A stretch of DNA of 64,000 nucleotides, taken from positions 1,488,001-1,552,000 of the forward strand of contig MU058444.1 in the NCBI GenBank assembly GCA_013265495.1, given 5' to 3'. Below, piece after piece: positions 1 to 13,199 of the stretch. The notes under the pieces are model-generated. The model saw only the letters and a program-made list of their open reading frames with translations, was not told the DNA's origin and ran no database searches. The position numbers were made by a program, and so were the translations under genes. Every line of letters starts with the position of its first letter. Position 1 is the stretch's first letter. The DNA comes from Vicugna vicugna. Taxonomy: Eukaryota.

Positions 1-269
1 AAAACAGCCCTAGATTTTTCTGATCAACAATTACAATAGGACTGTTTTCACCCAACTCTTGATAACCTCCTTTACTAATAAAGTCTAAACAGCACGTCAT
101 TTTCTGGAGGGCCTATCCAATGTTTCCCCTTGAACAAAGAAGAACATTTTTGCAGCACACACGGTAATTGTCAAGCTCTGTCAGTGCTGTACTTTTCGTC
201 TTATTTTTGATTGAGAGCAAAGCTTTAAGTTTATCCCTAATGCATCTCCTTTGCTTGGATGACCTGGAC

Positions 270-470
270 TCAAATTGTTTAGCTACTACTTACTGATTGT
301 ACAACCCTGACCCATTACTTAACTTTTCTACATTTCATGTTATTTGTCTGTCAAACAGGGATTAATAATAATACTTCTATATTAATGATGTTGAGGATTA
401 AATGAGATAATAGATACAAATTGCTTAGAACATGCCTGGCAAATGATAAGTAGCAGATAAAAGTTCACTA
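270..470 (+). mobile_element. MIR SINE (others at about 915-1030, 12170-12345, 13700-13900, 15330-15490, 16010-16180, 32050-32280, 33280-33480)
   Basis: MIR core motifs such as gttgaggattaaatgagataat, cctcagtttcctcat and ctcatctgtaaaa. Confidence 0.7.
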
Positions 471-2523
471 TTTTCACCTGACATGACACCACACATAAAC
501 AGAGATAGATTTCAATGCAATCACAGATAATATATGGGTTATAGATTGTATACATGCGTATCTAACATTCTCCCTTGTAAATCCCTAGCCAGTGATGCTG
601 GGTCCTGGTCACACATGCGCACTCCGACGTTTCCACACTATGCAAGCCCACAGAGCTCTGCTGTTCCAAATTCTATCCAGCATAAACCCTACCCAGCATT
701 AGGTGTGCATTTTCCACCATCCCCCTCTGTCTACTTACAGCAAGCATGCTCTTTTCCACCGAAGAACTCACAGTCATGGTTACTGGACAGCAGTACTGCC
801 GTATGTCCTAAGCTATGTGTTTGTTGCCATAAATTCTTTCATCAAATATTTATTTAGCATCTGCTAAATGTATGTATCTGGAGGCTGTGTGGGATGTAGA
901 TTCATAAAATCATTTCCAATCCTATCTTCTTAACTGATTGGTAGTGTGACTTCGGGCACATTACTTAGCCTCTCCAGACCTCAGTTTCCTCATTGCAAGT
1001 GGGGAATAGGCAACAGAGCTCACATTACGGAGTGTGGAGTGGTTCAAGTGACAACCCGTATTTGCAGGATCCATCACTTTGTAGACGGCAAAGCAGGGCC
1101 ATGGTACCCGGTGGTGATGACCAAAATTGCTCTGGTCTTTCTAGCAGACGATACACTTCTCAAAGGAGGTATTATGTCCCATCCTTCCTTATGTCCCTCT
1201 GAGCATGGGGCATAGTGGCCTGAACTGTTAGTGTTGTGTTCTGTTTGCATCTTTTGCTATTTTAATAGAATAAAGCAAAAGGAAAGTCATTTATCATTTT
1301 CTTCTTGTAATTATCCTTTCCCCATTCCAAGCAGCTAGGCAGACCTCGGTGCTACCTTTTCCTTCGGGGGATGACTGTGTTTTAAGACAGAAAACAGAGG
1401 TTGCCTGTAGGCCCCCTCCCTGCCTGGCTTTTTTTTAAGCCTCTAACTTAATGCCGTTGATGGCATTATGCTGGGTGTGTCAGAGCTGGAAAGAGGGGTG
1501 TTCAATGCTTTTGAGGGGAGATGAGTGAGAGCAGCAAGATGGAACAGAAAGATTCCCCAAGACTCTGATGGAGCACGGAGCCAGGTCCATCTTGAAGACA
1601 GTGGGTGGTGACCTCTGAACAGGATATGGAAAGTGGGCTTCCAAGCCCAGGCAATGCTACTGGAATATACCTGGAGGGAGAGATTGGCCAACGAGCCACT
1701 GGATTTCATAGGAATCTGTGGGCTTGGAAAACAGAGGGTACTTCTGCTTTTCTTAACAAGACTTTGTATCATAATTTAAAACATGTGCATGCATAATGTT
1801 GATAAAAAAATAAAAACCCAGAAGGACTAAGAATTACAAAAAGTACTTGTTCATTTTAAACACTAGACATGGCTATCGTGTTATTACTCCAATCAGACGT
1901 CACACCAAGCATCTGATAAGAAGCAATTTCCTTGTTCTGTCTAGTAAATCACAGGAAAAAATGCATTTAAAAGTATGAAAAAGCTTTCTTTTGTTTAAGT
2001 TTGGCCTTTGTCAGATGTTAAGAAGTATATTTCATTGCCAAGATACCTTGAGTCTGAGTCTATAAAAATTTTGAAGATACTAGTAATTTTCCAGTAAATT
2101 CAGATAAAAAATGACATTGACTCAAATTTTCATGTCTCCCATTATTCACAAAAATTTTAAGATACACTTTTCTTATATACCAAGCATTTTTAACCAAAAA
2201 TATTTAGAACATTCTTCTGTTTCTAGATCTACCCTCACTGTATAAAAATTGGTCCAATTCAGAAAGCATGTTATATCAAATCATGCTTTGCAAATAATAG
2301 GTGCTCATCAAAAAAGAAAAGACGAAAAAGAAAGATATGCAGAAAACTCTGGAACTTACATAAATTACAGAGAGTAAAGAGATTTTGGTGTAGGTATTTT
2401 AGTAAAATATTTCTGATGATAAATATACATATATTTGGGAAAACAGTAACAAAATACATAAAGAAGAAAATTAGAAAAATCACTGTAACTTTAATTCCCA
2501 GAGATTAAGCTAATTAGGAGTTT

Positions 2524-3242
2524 GAAATTTATATGGAACCACAAAAGACCTAGAATTGCCAAAGCATTACTGAAGAAAAAAAAAGAGGCTGGAAAAATAA
2601 CTCTCCCAGACTTCAGACAATACTATAGAGCTACAGTCATCAAGACAGCATGGTATTGGTACCAAAACAGACATATGGACCAATGGAACAGAATAGAGAG
2701 CCCAGAAATGAACCCACAAACTTTTGGTCAACTCATCTTCGACAAAGGAGGCAAGAATATACAATGGAGTAAAGACAGCCTCTTCAGCAAATGGTGTTGG
2801 GAAAACCGGACAGCAGCATGTAAATCAGTGAAGCTAGAACACTCCCTTACACCATACACAAAAATCAACTCAAAATGGATCAAAGACTTAAACATAAGAC
2901 AAGATACAATAAACCTCCTAGAAGAAAATACAGGCAAAACATTATCTGACATACATCTCAGAAATGCTCTCCTAGGGCAGTCTACCCAAGCAATAGAAAT
3001 AAAAGCAAGAATAAACAAATGGGACCTAATGAAACTTACAAGCTTCTGCACAGCAAAGAAAACCATAAGTAAAACAAAAAACAACCTACAGAATGGGAGA
3101 ACATTTTTGCAAATGAAACCGGCAAAAGCTTGATCTCCGGGATACATAAGCAGCTCATATGACTTAACAAGAAAAAAACAAACAACCCAATCCAAAAATG
3201 GTCAGAAGACCTAAACAAGCAATTCTCCAAGGAAGAAATACA
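2524..3242 (+). mobile_element. LINE-1 ORF2 internal fragment (post-RT region), truncated at both ends
   Basis: ORF 2522-3133 [71 protein letters not shown] is typical L1 ORF2p. Apparent frameshift near 3080. No 3' UTR or poly(A). Confidence 0.95.
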
Positions 3243-3639
3243 TTTTTTTCTCAGATATTTTCTGATACATTTTCAAAACCTATTCACAAGTCATTATATA
3301 TTCCTTAATAGTAGCTTGATCTGTATCTGTATTATATTCTCTGATTTTTTTTCTGTTAGAAGCTTAGTGCAATGTTAATTTATATAAGCTCATTTTACAG
3401 TGATTATGTACCATTTATATTTTATATTTATTCCAATTTTTTTAATCCATTTGGTTGTTGACCTATTTCTGGTCTCCTTTTTTTAGGTGGAGAAATTGCT
3501 CATTTGTGATGTAGTTAAATCCAGCTATCTTTTCCCCAAGTTTCTTTCCACTTTCCATTAATAGTAGAATTTCTTCTCACAATGAGTGCTTCAAAATAAA
3601 CGTTAAAATGTACAGCACATTAACTACAGCTGACCAGAC

Positions 3640-3832
3640 TGAGAGCGTGGATCTTAAAAGTTCTTATCACGAGAAAAAAAAAAGTTTGTAACTGTATGGT
3701 GATGGATGTTAATCAAAGATATGATGGTAATCATTTCACAATAAATACATGTATCAAATCATGTTGTAGTAATACAATGTAATATATCAAAATTTTTAAA
3801 AATATATTAAATTAAATTAATTAACTAAAAAA
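3640..3832 (+). mobile_element. Old L1 (L1MA-like) 3' end with A-rich tail
   Basis: gagagcgtggatcttaaaagttcttatcac..tggtgatggatgttaat..atcatttcacaata..tatcaaatcatgttgta followed by an AT-rich tail. Confidence 0.65.
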
Positions 3833-4781
3833 ACATTAATTCCAATTTGACTTGTAAGAATTATGATGTGTGGTAGTGTTTCTTTCTTAGCTCTCCTGCT
3901 TCTTGAATATATCCTTTGTTATATACAAATACAATACTGCTTCTACTGTTCTAGCATTATAACACATTATATAATAGGTTTTTACAGTGCATGGTAAGAT
4001 ATGATAAGAAGATTCCTAAACTCCCTGTTCCCTAGGTCTTAGCTTACTTTTCATTTCAACATGAATTTTTAGTATATTTTGTGACGGTCCAAAAAAGATC
4101 CAGTTAAGGGTTTTCATTGGAATAATAAAATAAACCTATATCCACGTAAAAAGATAATATTTCACATCTCTTTTCTTGTTCAGGAAATAGTTTGACTCTG
4201 AATTGATTTATACTTTTTTGCTGATGTCAAGTTTGAGTCCTAAAGGCCATACACGTTCTTGTTAAGGGCTCCAATTAAACTTTTTATATCATGTTGGTTT
4301 CTTTTACCTCCGCTTGTCTTTGGGATGTAATTTCTTCATTATAGATTCTAACTGGTTGTTGTTTCTATTCAGGAAATCTGTGTATTTTTAGCTTTAGTTT
4401 TATTTCTGCTCATTTAGCCAAACCAATTTATTCTAGTACCTTTTCACTTGATTCCCAAAGTAAGCAATCATGTTAACAGTGTGTAGTTAGACTTGTTGGC
4501 ATTTTCCAGAACGCCCAGACTTAGGTTAACTATTGATGGTTATACAGGGCACAGTCTTTGTTTGTTTTTACTGTTGTGGTTTTGTTGCTTAGTTTGTCCT
4601 TTTTATTTCTTTAATAGATGGGCCTCAGGTGTTAAAATGTTTGTTGTGGATTTGTGATAGGTTTTACCATGTGAGTAAAACATCTCTCTATTCCGAGTTC
4701 TCTCTCTCTCGCCCTCTCTTGCTCTTTCTAATAGGATTGGGAACTGAATTTTATTGTACACCATTAATGTTTTATTAAGAT

Positions 4782-6040
4782 CATTGGTGTACCAAGAGTA
4801 GGCGGTTACAGCAATCCACCCTGGGTCTAGGAAGAAAGGGATTCATTAAAGACAATAATAAAACCAACTATAAGTCCTTCTGCACCTTATTACTGACATT
4901 CCACAGCAATTCTCAACAGTGTCAGCGATAAAATACTCCTCCCAGGAAAATAATGCTGTGCTGATCACAGTTCAAAAAACTGCTATTATTACTGTTCTGT
5001 TTTCCTAATATATATATAAGCTTCAAATTAGCACATTTTTGTTATTTATCCTTTAAGAAACATTGTATTCTGTGGACGTTAATGTGGAAAACTGCCTATT
5101 ATAGCCTGGCCCCCAGTGCACATAGGTGAGTAACAAGCCAGGTTCAGTTATATTTTTTTCTTTACAATCATGGTGCTGTCATTATTTATACCAACCACAT
5201 CTACCGCTTAAATGCAGGAATACGTAGCGTCACATGACTTGGAGACACAAAGAGGTAGCAGAGCAGGCTCCAGCAATTCTGAACCATTACAAACTTCCGA
5301 AGTTTTTACCAAATATAACAGAATTGTATTATGAGTTTTTTAAATATAAAGATATTTTAGTAGAAAATGTTCAAATATGAAAACTTTTGAAAGCTGCTAG
5401 AAAATCCAAAGAAACCCAGACAGTCTTGCAACTTTTCAGAACGGTGAAATGGGGTTTTTATGAATCTCAAATTTATCCTTATGTTTAAGGCTTTCCTTAA
5501 CTATTTGTTGCTGTATGTGAAAAGAACTTCTCAAAATTAAAATTTACACAAATTATTCTGTCATCAAGTAGGAGTAAAGACAGACTGACGAAAGTGGCTA
5601 CACTGCTACTGAAAATAATTGCAACGTAGTTGTAAGTTATAAATTATGAAAATAATAAAGATTGCTTTTAACAAAATCATTGACAGATTTGCAGAAGGCT
5701 TCAAAACAGAAACTCTAATGTTACTTCTTATATATTTGACCAATATATTGATATTGGTTGATATTTGTCTTCTATTTTAAAAAAAAGTACTAATGTAGTT
5801 TAAAAATACTAATCTAGTACCCCTTTACTTATTACACTGTAATTATCATTTTTATTATTGTATTGACATATTTACCTACATATTATGTATATATATCAGC
5901 CAATAAAGAAATTATTCATTGCATTTTCTTTGTGGTCGTATTTTACTGGATTCATTTCATGATTATCATTGAAAATAATTTGTCAGACAGAAGAGCCAGG
6001 TGTTATGTAGTCTGAGGGTCAATATTCTAGGTAGCCATTA
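4782..6040 (+). mobile_element. hAT-superfamily DNA transposon fossil (Tip100/Arthur1-like), internally deleted, with 8-bp TSD
   Basis: Identical ATTAAGAT at 4774-4781 and 6041-6048. Degenerate TIRs (cattggtgtacc / ggtagccatta). ~5495-5620 resembles the hAT C-terminal dimerisation motif (C-E-x-N-F-S-K-L-K ... D-R-L-T-x-x-A). Confidence 0.8.
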
Positions 6041-6163
6041 ATTAAGATTATGTAATTCATTGCATTGACAGTTTCCCTGATACTAAATCATCCATTCATT
6101 TTTAGAATCAAACTCATTTGGTAAAGATACATGACTATCTGAAATAAATTTCAATTTGCAAGT

Positions 6164-6253
6164 TTTTTATTTATTTATTTTATTTTATAAACTTTTTTTT
6201 ATTAAGTTCTAGTCATTTTACAATGTTGTGTCAAATTCCAGTGTAGAGCACAA
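6164..6253 (-). mobile_element. Very short L1 3'-terminal fragment
   Basis: T-rich tail, then attaagttctagtcattttacaatgttgtgtcaaattccagtgtagagca (same family as 46105-46390). Flanked by tttgcaagt at 6155-6163 and 6256-6264. Confidence 0.7.
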
Positions 6254-6856
6254 TTTTTGCAAGTATTTTAATTAAGACTTTGCCACAGGATTCTTGATTT
6301 TGATTCGTAATTTTAATTGAGATTTCTGCCATGCAAAAAAGACCTCTTTCTTCTTCAGATTTTTCTATCCAAGTTTGCTAATTTATCAAAAATTACTAAG
6401 TAGTCTTTTTTTTTTTTTTTTAGCATTCTGGACCAGTTTGTGTAGCATTTTTTACCTTTCTGTTTCTTAAATTTTTCACTCCCCTGCCTAAAATGAAAAG
6501 CTCCAAATCTTTGAAAAAACAATGATTTGATCAAGTTTTCAATAACTAACCACTGCTGTTTACTTATTCATATTTCTCATTGTTAGCTATCTCATTAAGA
6601 AGTTCAATTTATTAGCATAGAGTTATTGTAGTACTCTCTAAAGTTGTCAGTCTTTATTTGTAATTATATATCATTTCTCTTTCTATTTATTTGTTTTCTA
6701 TCTATTCTTTACTATTTGCCAGAAGCTTGTTGATTACCTGGTCTTCTAAATTAACAGCTTTTAAGTTAATTAATTCACAGTTCATTTTCCAATTCAGTGA
6801 TTTTTTTTTTCTCTGTTGTCCTTTCAGGATTTAATGGGGCATGTTGAACAAAATGC

Positions 6857-6909
6857 TTAATCTACATTCATTTCTAGTTTTTATTAATCTACATTCATTT
6901 CTAGTTTTT
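6857..6909 (+). repeat. Perfect 26-bp tandem duplication (period 27)
   Basis: ttaatctacattcatttctagttttt at 6857-6882 and 6884-6909. Confidence 0.95.
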
Positions 6910-9900
6910 CCTTTTAGTATGAAAACGCTAAAGGTATCAATTTATCATAGAGTATAGCTTTGGCAACCATCCTTACATTTTGATAAATTTTCCTGCATGG
7001 CATTTCCTAAATTCTATTCCTTCAACATTTAATTTCTTTCTTGATTTAGTCGAGAAATTTATTTTTAAATAGACTGAGTTATTACATATATTATGAACAT
7101 TCAATTGTAATTATGGCATATAAAATATCTGCCTCTTTGTGATTTACTTTCACAAATAAAACCTGCAATTAGTACTTTGGCTTTCGATAAATGCAGAGTT
7201 TTGTGCCCATCACCACAATCAAGATTCACAGGGGTTCTTTCACCATCCTGCAGCTACTTGCTAGTCAAACTCCTACCTGTCTTTAATCTGTGGCAAATAC
7301 TCATCTGTTCCCCATCTCTATAGACTTGCCTTTCCTAGAACTTCACATGAATACATAAACTCATACAATATGTACCCTTTTGGGTCTGGTATTTTTCACT
7401 TAAAAATGTATTTTTTTAAGTATATCTATGTTTTAGCATGTATCAATAATTCTTTCTATTTTTCTCGTTGAGAATTCCATTGAATGGATATACCACTATC
7501 TGTTTAACCATTCAGCCACTGGAGGACATTTAAGTTCTTCACACTCTGGGGCAATTACGAAGAGAGCCTCTGTAAACATACACAGGTGAACCTAAGATTT
7601 CATTTCTTTATGGTAAATACCTAGATATCTGAGTCACAAGGGCTAGTGTATGTGTAATATTGTAAGAAACTGTTAAAATTTTTTTCCAGATGGCTGTATC
7701 AATTTTGCATTCCCACTAGCAATTTATGACAGGTCCATGTCCTTGCCAACACTGGTACTGTGAGGTTTTGTTGTTTTTGGTTTTGTTTTTTTTTTCAATT
7801 TCTCCATTTTAGTTACTTTTATGATGTGTAGTGCTATCTTATTGTGCTTTTAATTAGCTTTTCCCTAGTAACTGATGATGTTGACCATGGTTTTATGTAC
7901 CTATTGGTTATCCATAATCTTTACAATATTTTAAAGTGTGTATATCATCCAATTAGTGATTTGTTTAAACAGCCCATGGAATCTCAGAAAAAGTATATAC
8001 TCTACACAATTTGATGTATGTCAGTGTATCTCAAAGTACAGCCCTTGAGCTATGTCAATTAATTTAACTTTATTAATTGTATTATTCCAGCACATCATTG
8101 TTTTATTTTTGTGTGCATGTGTGTTCTATCTATTATGCAGCTTTGTGTGGTGATTCCATACTACAGTTTTGTTTCTACCAGTTTTTACTTACACTTCTAA
8201 CAAATCTTGTTTTCACCATTTTATTTATTACTTCCCATATAAAGATGAGGAAGTGCTGGAACTCTGTTGAGCTTTACATAGTTCATGATCACAGCAACTT
8301 GTTCTGTTCCCTGTCATTCATTTTCCCTTGGATCCTAGACTTGGTCATATTAAAGTCTGACTCCTGATTTTTTCTGTTCGTTTATCTCTGATACACCTTA
8401 TCCCTTGCTTTGGAATTTACCTAATTATTTGATTGTCACTTTAATTGAGTGATTTTTGCAGTTAGCACACCATCGTACTAATATCCAGATTTCTAACTGT
8501 TGCCAAATGTCTTTTTTACAACTATACTATGATACAGTGTTGAATTTTCAGGGCCAAGAGAGATTGATAAGATGATGAACAAGTGTAATGCAAAACCATG
8601 ATTTAGAGACTCGATTTAGCCAAAATAAAAATGCAGGCATACCCTGGCACGCTTCCTTAACCTCAGATGTAGCTATCAACCTGGAAGGTGCTAAAGAGAT
8701 CAAGGTGATGAAAAAGTGGGTTGTGAATATTCCACATCACTGTGCTCATTTACACAACTGCTGATGGCAAGAAGTGATTCTAAAACATTTCAGAATTCTG
8801 TGGAAAAGACTGAGACTCAAAAAATCAAACTTAATACTAAACTAGAAAGGATGCAATTTGTGGGTAAATGCTGGTAGTGGCTAATCAGAGAAAAAAATAA
8901 GGGTGCATATAATTAGTGCTCCTACCCTCCCATCCACAAAAGCCACCTTTAAGCAGTGTAGTCAGTGAGGTACTTATTACCCGTCTGCCACCCCTGTTCT
9001 TAGGGTATATATAAATGCGTGTTTTATACTTAAATTAAAGGAGATTATTTGGCATAAGGTTATTTAGGCCAAATTTATTTGTTCAGCTGATTTTAATTCA
9101 CTAACTGTGGTTCCTTGAAGACTATGAATCCCTCATTCTTCTCGATTTCTGTTCCAGGAATCAGCTACATTGCACCTTTGAGCCGTTATTTCTCGAGTGG
9201 GATGTGGATGGAATATTTTCCAAACTCTTAAATAACTGGAAGTGTTTTTCCCATGACCGTTAGACCCAAACGACAAGTGAGGTGGAAAGTGAGAAATGAA
9301 AGCATAAAAACTTTAAAAATTAAAAGTGAGTAATTATTAAATTATTAAATAATTTAAATTGTTAAATAATTAAAAGTGAATAATTATTAAATATACATAG
9401 GAGGAATTTCCAAACATAAGTAACAAGATAAGGCAGATAGAAAAATGAACAAAAATAGCAAAATAGAACTCCCCAAAGAGAAAATATAAATGACCCACAG
9501 ATATTAAAAAATCAATCTCAGAAGAACTACAAATTCAAGAAAAAATGTTTAAGATTATCAAGAATGTAAATATATTAGATTTAATTTAGCTTTCAGTCTG
9601 ATAAAATAGTTACTAGTGCAACTAGTAACTGAAACAAGTTTATTGAAAACAACTTAGTAATACTTTTCAGGAAATTTAAAAGACATTCATATCTTTTTTC
9701 TGATAACTCCTTTTTTAAGAACGGATTCTAAGAAAATGATCAGAAATTGTCCAAAATGTTTACGAACACTTGTATTTAAAGATATCCATTACAACAGAAT
9801 GTATAATAGTAAAAGCTGGAAAAATTACATGCCCAACTATAAAAGAATATTTATGCAAATGATGAATTCTTCAGCTGAAATATCGTTGTCACTAAAAATC

Positions 9901-11672
9901 TGCTCATAAAGAGCACATGTACTAAAAAAATCAAGAATAAATGAAGGGTGCAATATTGCATAAACACTGCTCAACTCTATGAAAAAGGTATGTTTGAAAA
10001 GTATAAAAGGAAATATATAAAAATATCAACAATACTGGCTCTAGATAATAGAATGAAAACTTTTTTTTCCTGCTTCTTTTTAATTTGGGGAATAAAGTGA
10101 CCACAGTTTCAACAAATTAGATTATCATAATGCTCGTTTGCCGTATTTCCAAAATGGCTTTTATAGAACAGGATTTCCACATGGAAGAGCGTTTCTCAGA
10201 GTGAGTTCCGTGGAGCGCCAGGTACCCGTGTGCTCTGTCAGGGGACCTTCCAGGTGCGATGTGCACGGGAAACCTACAACCCACATCGGCCCTGCAGATT
10301 CACAATGCTCATCAGCAGAATGAAGATACTGAGAGGTCTCATTGTCTTCTCTTAAAATAGGAAATATCAAAACCTGTTCAGTTACTGTTGCTCAGCACAG
10401 CTTAAATGTATTTGTAACATTTCAGATACACCCCATAGAAGGACATAGAATCGCTTTCAGCGAAATCCCCTTACAAATACTAAGAATTTGGATGAAAATG
10501 AGTAAATGATTGAAAGTGCCCAGGAGGTTTAAATGAGCATGATTCAGGAAGGGCTTGAGTTATTATATGCCAATGAAGTTAGCTGAATTAAAATTAAATC
10601 TGATTTGTGTTTACTATTCCGAAACAGTAATTTTACCGTCTGACCTTCTAAGTGGATCTCTATCTAAATAATTAGAAATCAGATACTGGGATTGTTCACA
10701 CTTCGTGCTACATTACAGCCCGGCTCGGGGTAGCCCGGGCGGGCGTGGGTAGGGAAAGGGAAGAAGAGGGAGGGAGAAAGAAAACAAAATGTTTCAAAAG
10801 AAGCAGGTGACGTCCTAAATGCTGGTCTTTGCTTTGCGGCTACGGTGACCTGCTTTGCAAAGCAGAGATTAGTCCTGGGGCACGTCGCTGAACGTTGATC
10901 TATTAGCAATCAGACTTGCTTTTTACAATTTCTTTTTTGATTTCTTTGCTAGGTATTGAGAGCCGCGGGGAGCTGAGACTGAGGGCAGCTGAGAGTCCTC
11001 CAGTCCTTCAGCACTTGACTTAGAAAACTACTGTTGTCCCAGAAATATTCTCTTGGGGGGGGGGGAAGAATTATCCCAAGGCCTTAGCTCTTAATTTATA
11101 AGATACTCAAGGAGCAGAAATAAGGGATTTAGCTTTTGTGCTACATTAAGGGGCAGTGAGTGAGCTATGTGGGCGGCATTCAGTTTACACGTGCAAGAGA
11201 TTAGGGCCGTTCTGCTACAAAGCACGAGATGTGCCTGAAACGCGAAGAGTGCAGGGTCATACGGAACACAGAGGACACCTGGGCCATAAGCAGCAGGATG
11301 GAGCAGAGGGTACCCGCCAGAGTTCCCATCCACAGCAGCAGGAATTTCCTAACTGGTAGGTTTAGATGGTCCTGCAGCCCAAATGCCCAGGCTAGGAAGT
11401 CTCTCACGAGATTCACTGGCCAATGCAGGGCTGGGACAGAAAAGCTGTGACCAGGTGCGCATCCTTAGCTGCAGGGAGCCCTAGACTGCTGGTGGCCAGC
11501 ACTTGAGTCTTCCCAGCAGCCAAATAAACTCACGATTAGTTTATTCCAACCTCCCACCATTGCTTTTGAGGCCGATTGCTGTGTGCAACTTTTGATATCC
11601 TACCGTTTTTCTGTTGTGCCAAACGGTACTCCTGTTCACGCCAAGCCTGTCTTTTAAAGTTAGGAATGAGGT

Positions 11673-11770
11673 GGGGAGGGTGCAGCTCAGTGGTAGAGCA
11701 CAAGCTTAGCATGCACGAGGTCCTGGGTTCACCCCTCAGTACCTCCGTTAAAAAAAAAAAAAGAAAGAAA
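11673..11770 (+). mobile_element. Vic-1-type tRNA(Ala)-derived SINE, short form
   Basis: ggggagggtgcagctcagtggtagagcacaagcttagcatgcacgaggtcctgggttcacccctcagtacctcc plus A tail. A/B-box-like motifs; five related copies in the window. Confidence 0.9.
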
Positions 11771-13183
11771 ATATTTTCTTAAAAAGAAAAATTTTTTTTT
11801 TTAATAGAGCTGAGAATCAGTACAGCTCTCGTCATCACTGGCCAGCTGGTTGGGAGGCACAAAGGCCTTGGTGTCTGCAAAGTGCTTCCTGCCCCCCGCC
11901 CTGTGAGTCTTGTATTTGCCTCCTTCAAAAGGCCACAGCATCCTAATTCAGGAGAAGGCCTGAAGGAGCCCGATTCCAGGCATAAGACTCTTGGTAAAGC
12001 CATTACTAGAGACTTTCTTTCCCCTAAAATATAAAGCATTACTAATGAAGTGAAAAGGTTCCAAATCCAATATGGGAAATGTTGGAAAGATAGATAGAAC
12101 AGTACAGAGTTTAAACAATGTCCCGGCCGCAGCCTTCCCCAAAGTGTTTACAAAGGCAACACAGCACAGCAGGGAGCAGCTTGGACTCTGAATCCAATTC
12201 CTCCTCTTACAAGATGTAAGACTTTGGACAAATGACTTAACATCTCTGGGGCTCACTTGCCTCATCTGTAAAACAGGGTGACTGTGAGAATGCAATTCTA
12301 GCACTTGAAATGCTATCAGCACACTGTGGCACTTAATAAGTACCGAAGACAGGCTAGCTGTGGGAGACAGCGAATTCCAGTGGAGAGAAATCATTACAGG
12401 TCTGAAGTTCTTCTTTCTTAAGTGAAATCTCTGATGATCTGGTGTTTTGTTGATACGAATTAATAGGTAAACCCCAGTTCCAGTGATGGTGTACCAGTAG
12501 ACTTAGATCTGCATTTTGCTGCAAATATTCATTTCACGATCAACAGCAGATTGCTTGTAACAAGTAAAACAGTTGAAAAATATCGGTCAAATTTTCTCAG
12601 TAATGAACGTGAGGTCATTACGTAATGTCCAGGATCCCGAGTTGATTCAAAGCAGCATATCAAAGAGGTCTGTATTTATCAATTCTTGGAATTCTCCATT
12701 ACTCTCCACTCTACAAAATGTGTCTTCAGTGACTCTTACATCCTGAATCCACACCACGTCCAGTGTGCTCAGGAACAAAGTAGACACTGAGCACAAACTT
12801 GTGAGCACACAATTGAAGAAGTAAGGGGGTGGGGGGTCAGGGATTCAAGGTTTAGACAGCTCCAACAACTTAATTTTGAAAAATTGTATGACCTTTACCC
12901 CTGTTTCCTACATAGAGCACAAATAAATAATGGATGTTTAAGCCACACTGACGCTCTGGAACGTGCAATAAGCACCCAGTGTAAAACATGAACCTTCTTT
13001 TTGGATATTTCATTTCAAATCACTGGAGCCTCCATCCTAGTGAAGTCCTACACAGAGGGTCTCAGACAAAGCCCCAAGGCTCTGCTGAAGCTTGGTTCTA
13101 TCTCTGCCCGATGCTTTTTGGACTAAAAGGCTTCCTTAGGTTCTGTTTGCTGGTAAGAGGCTCTTTTTTTTTTTTTTTTTTTT

Positions 13184-13199
13184 NNNNNNNNNNNNNNNN
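13184..13199. other. Small assembly gap inside a poly-T tract
   Basis: 16 N flanked by T runs on both sides. Confidence 0.98.

Larger units (their letters stand above)
3850..8480 (-). mobile_element. Highly decayed antisense L1 remnants hosting younger insertions, including an L1MB/MC-like 3' region at ~7090-7925
   Basis: T-rich sequence with antisense L1 motifs such as ccattgaatggatataccac, ttgcattcccactagcaat and gatgttgaccatggttttatgtacctattgg. Confidence 0.6.

Noticed and set aside
2567..3230. Minus-strand ORFs over the L1 fragment
   Set aside because: Typical antisense L1 ORFs.
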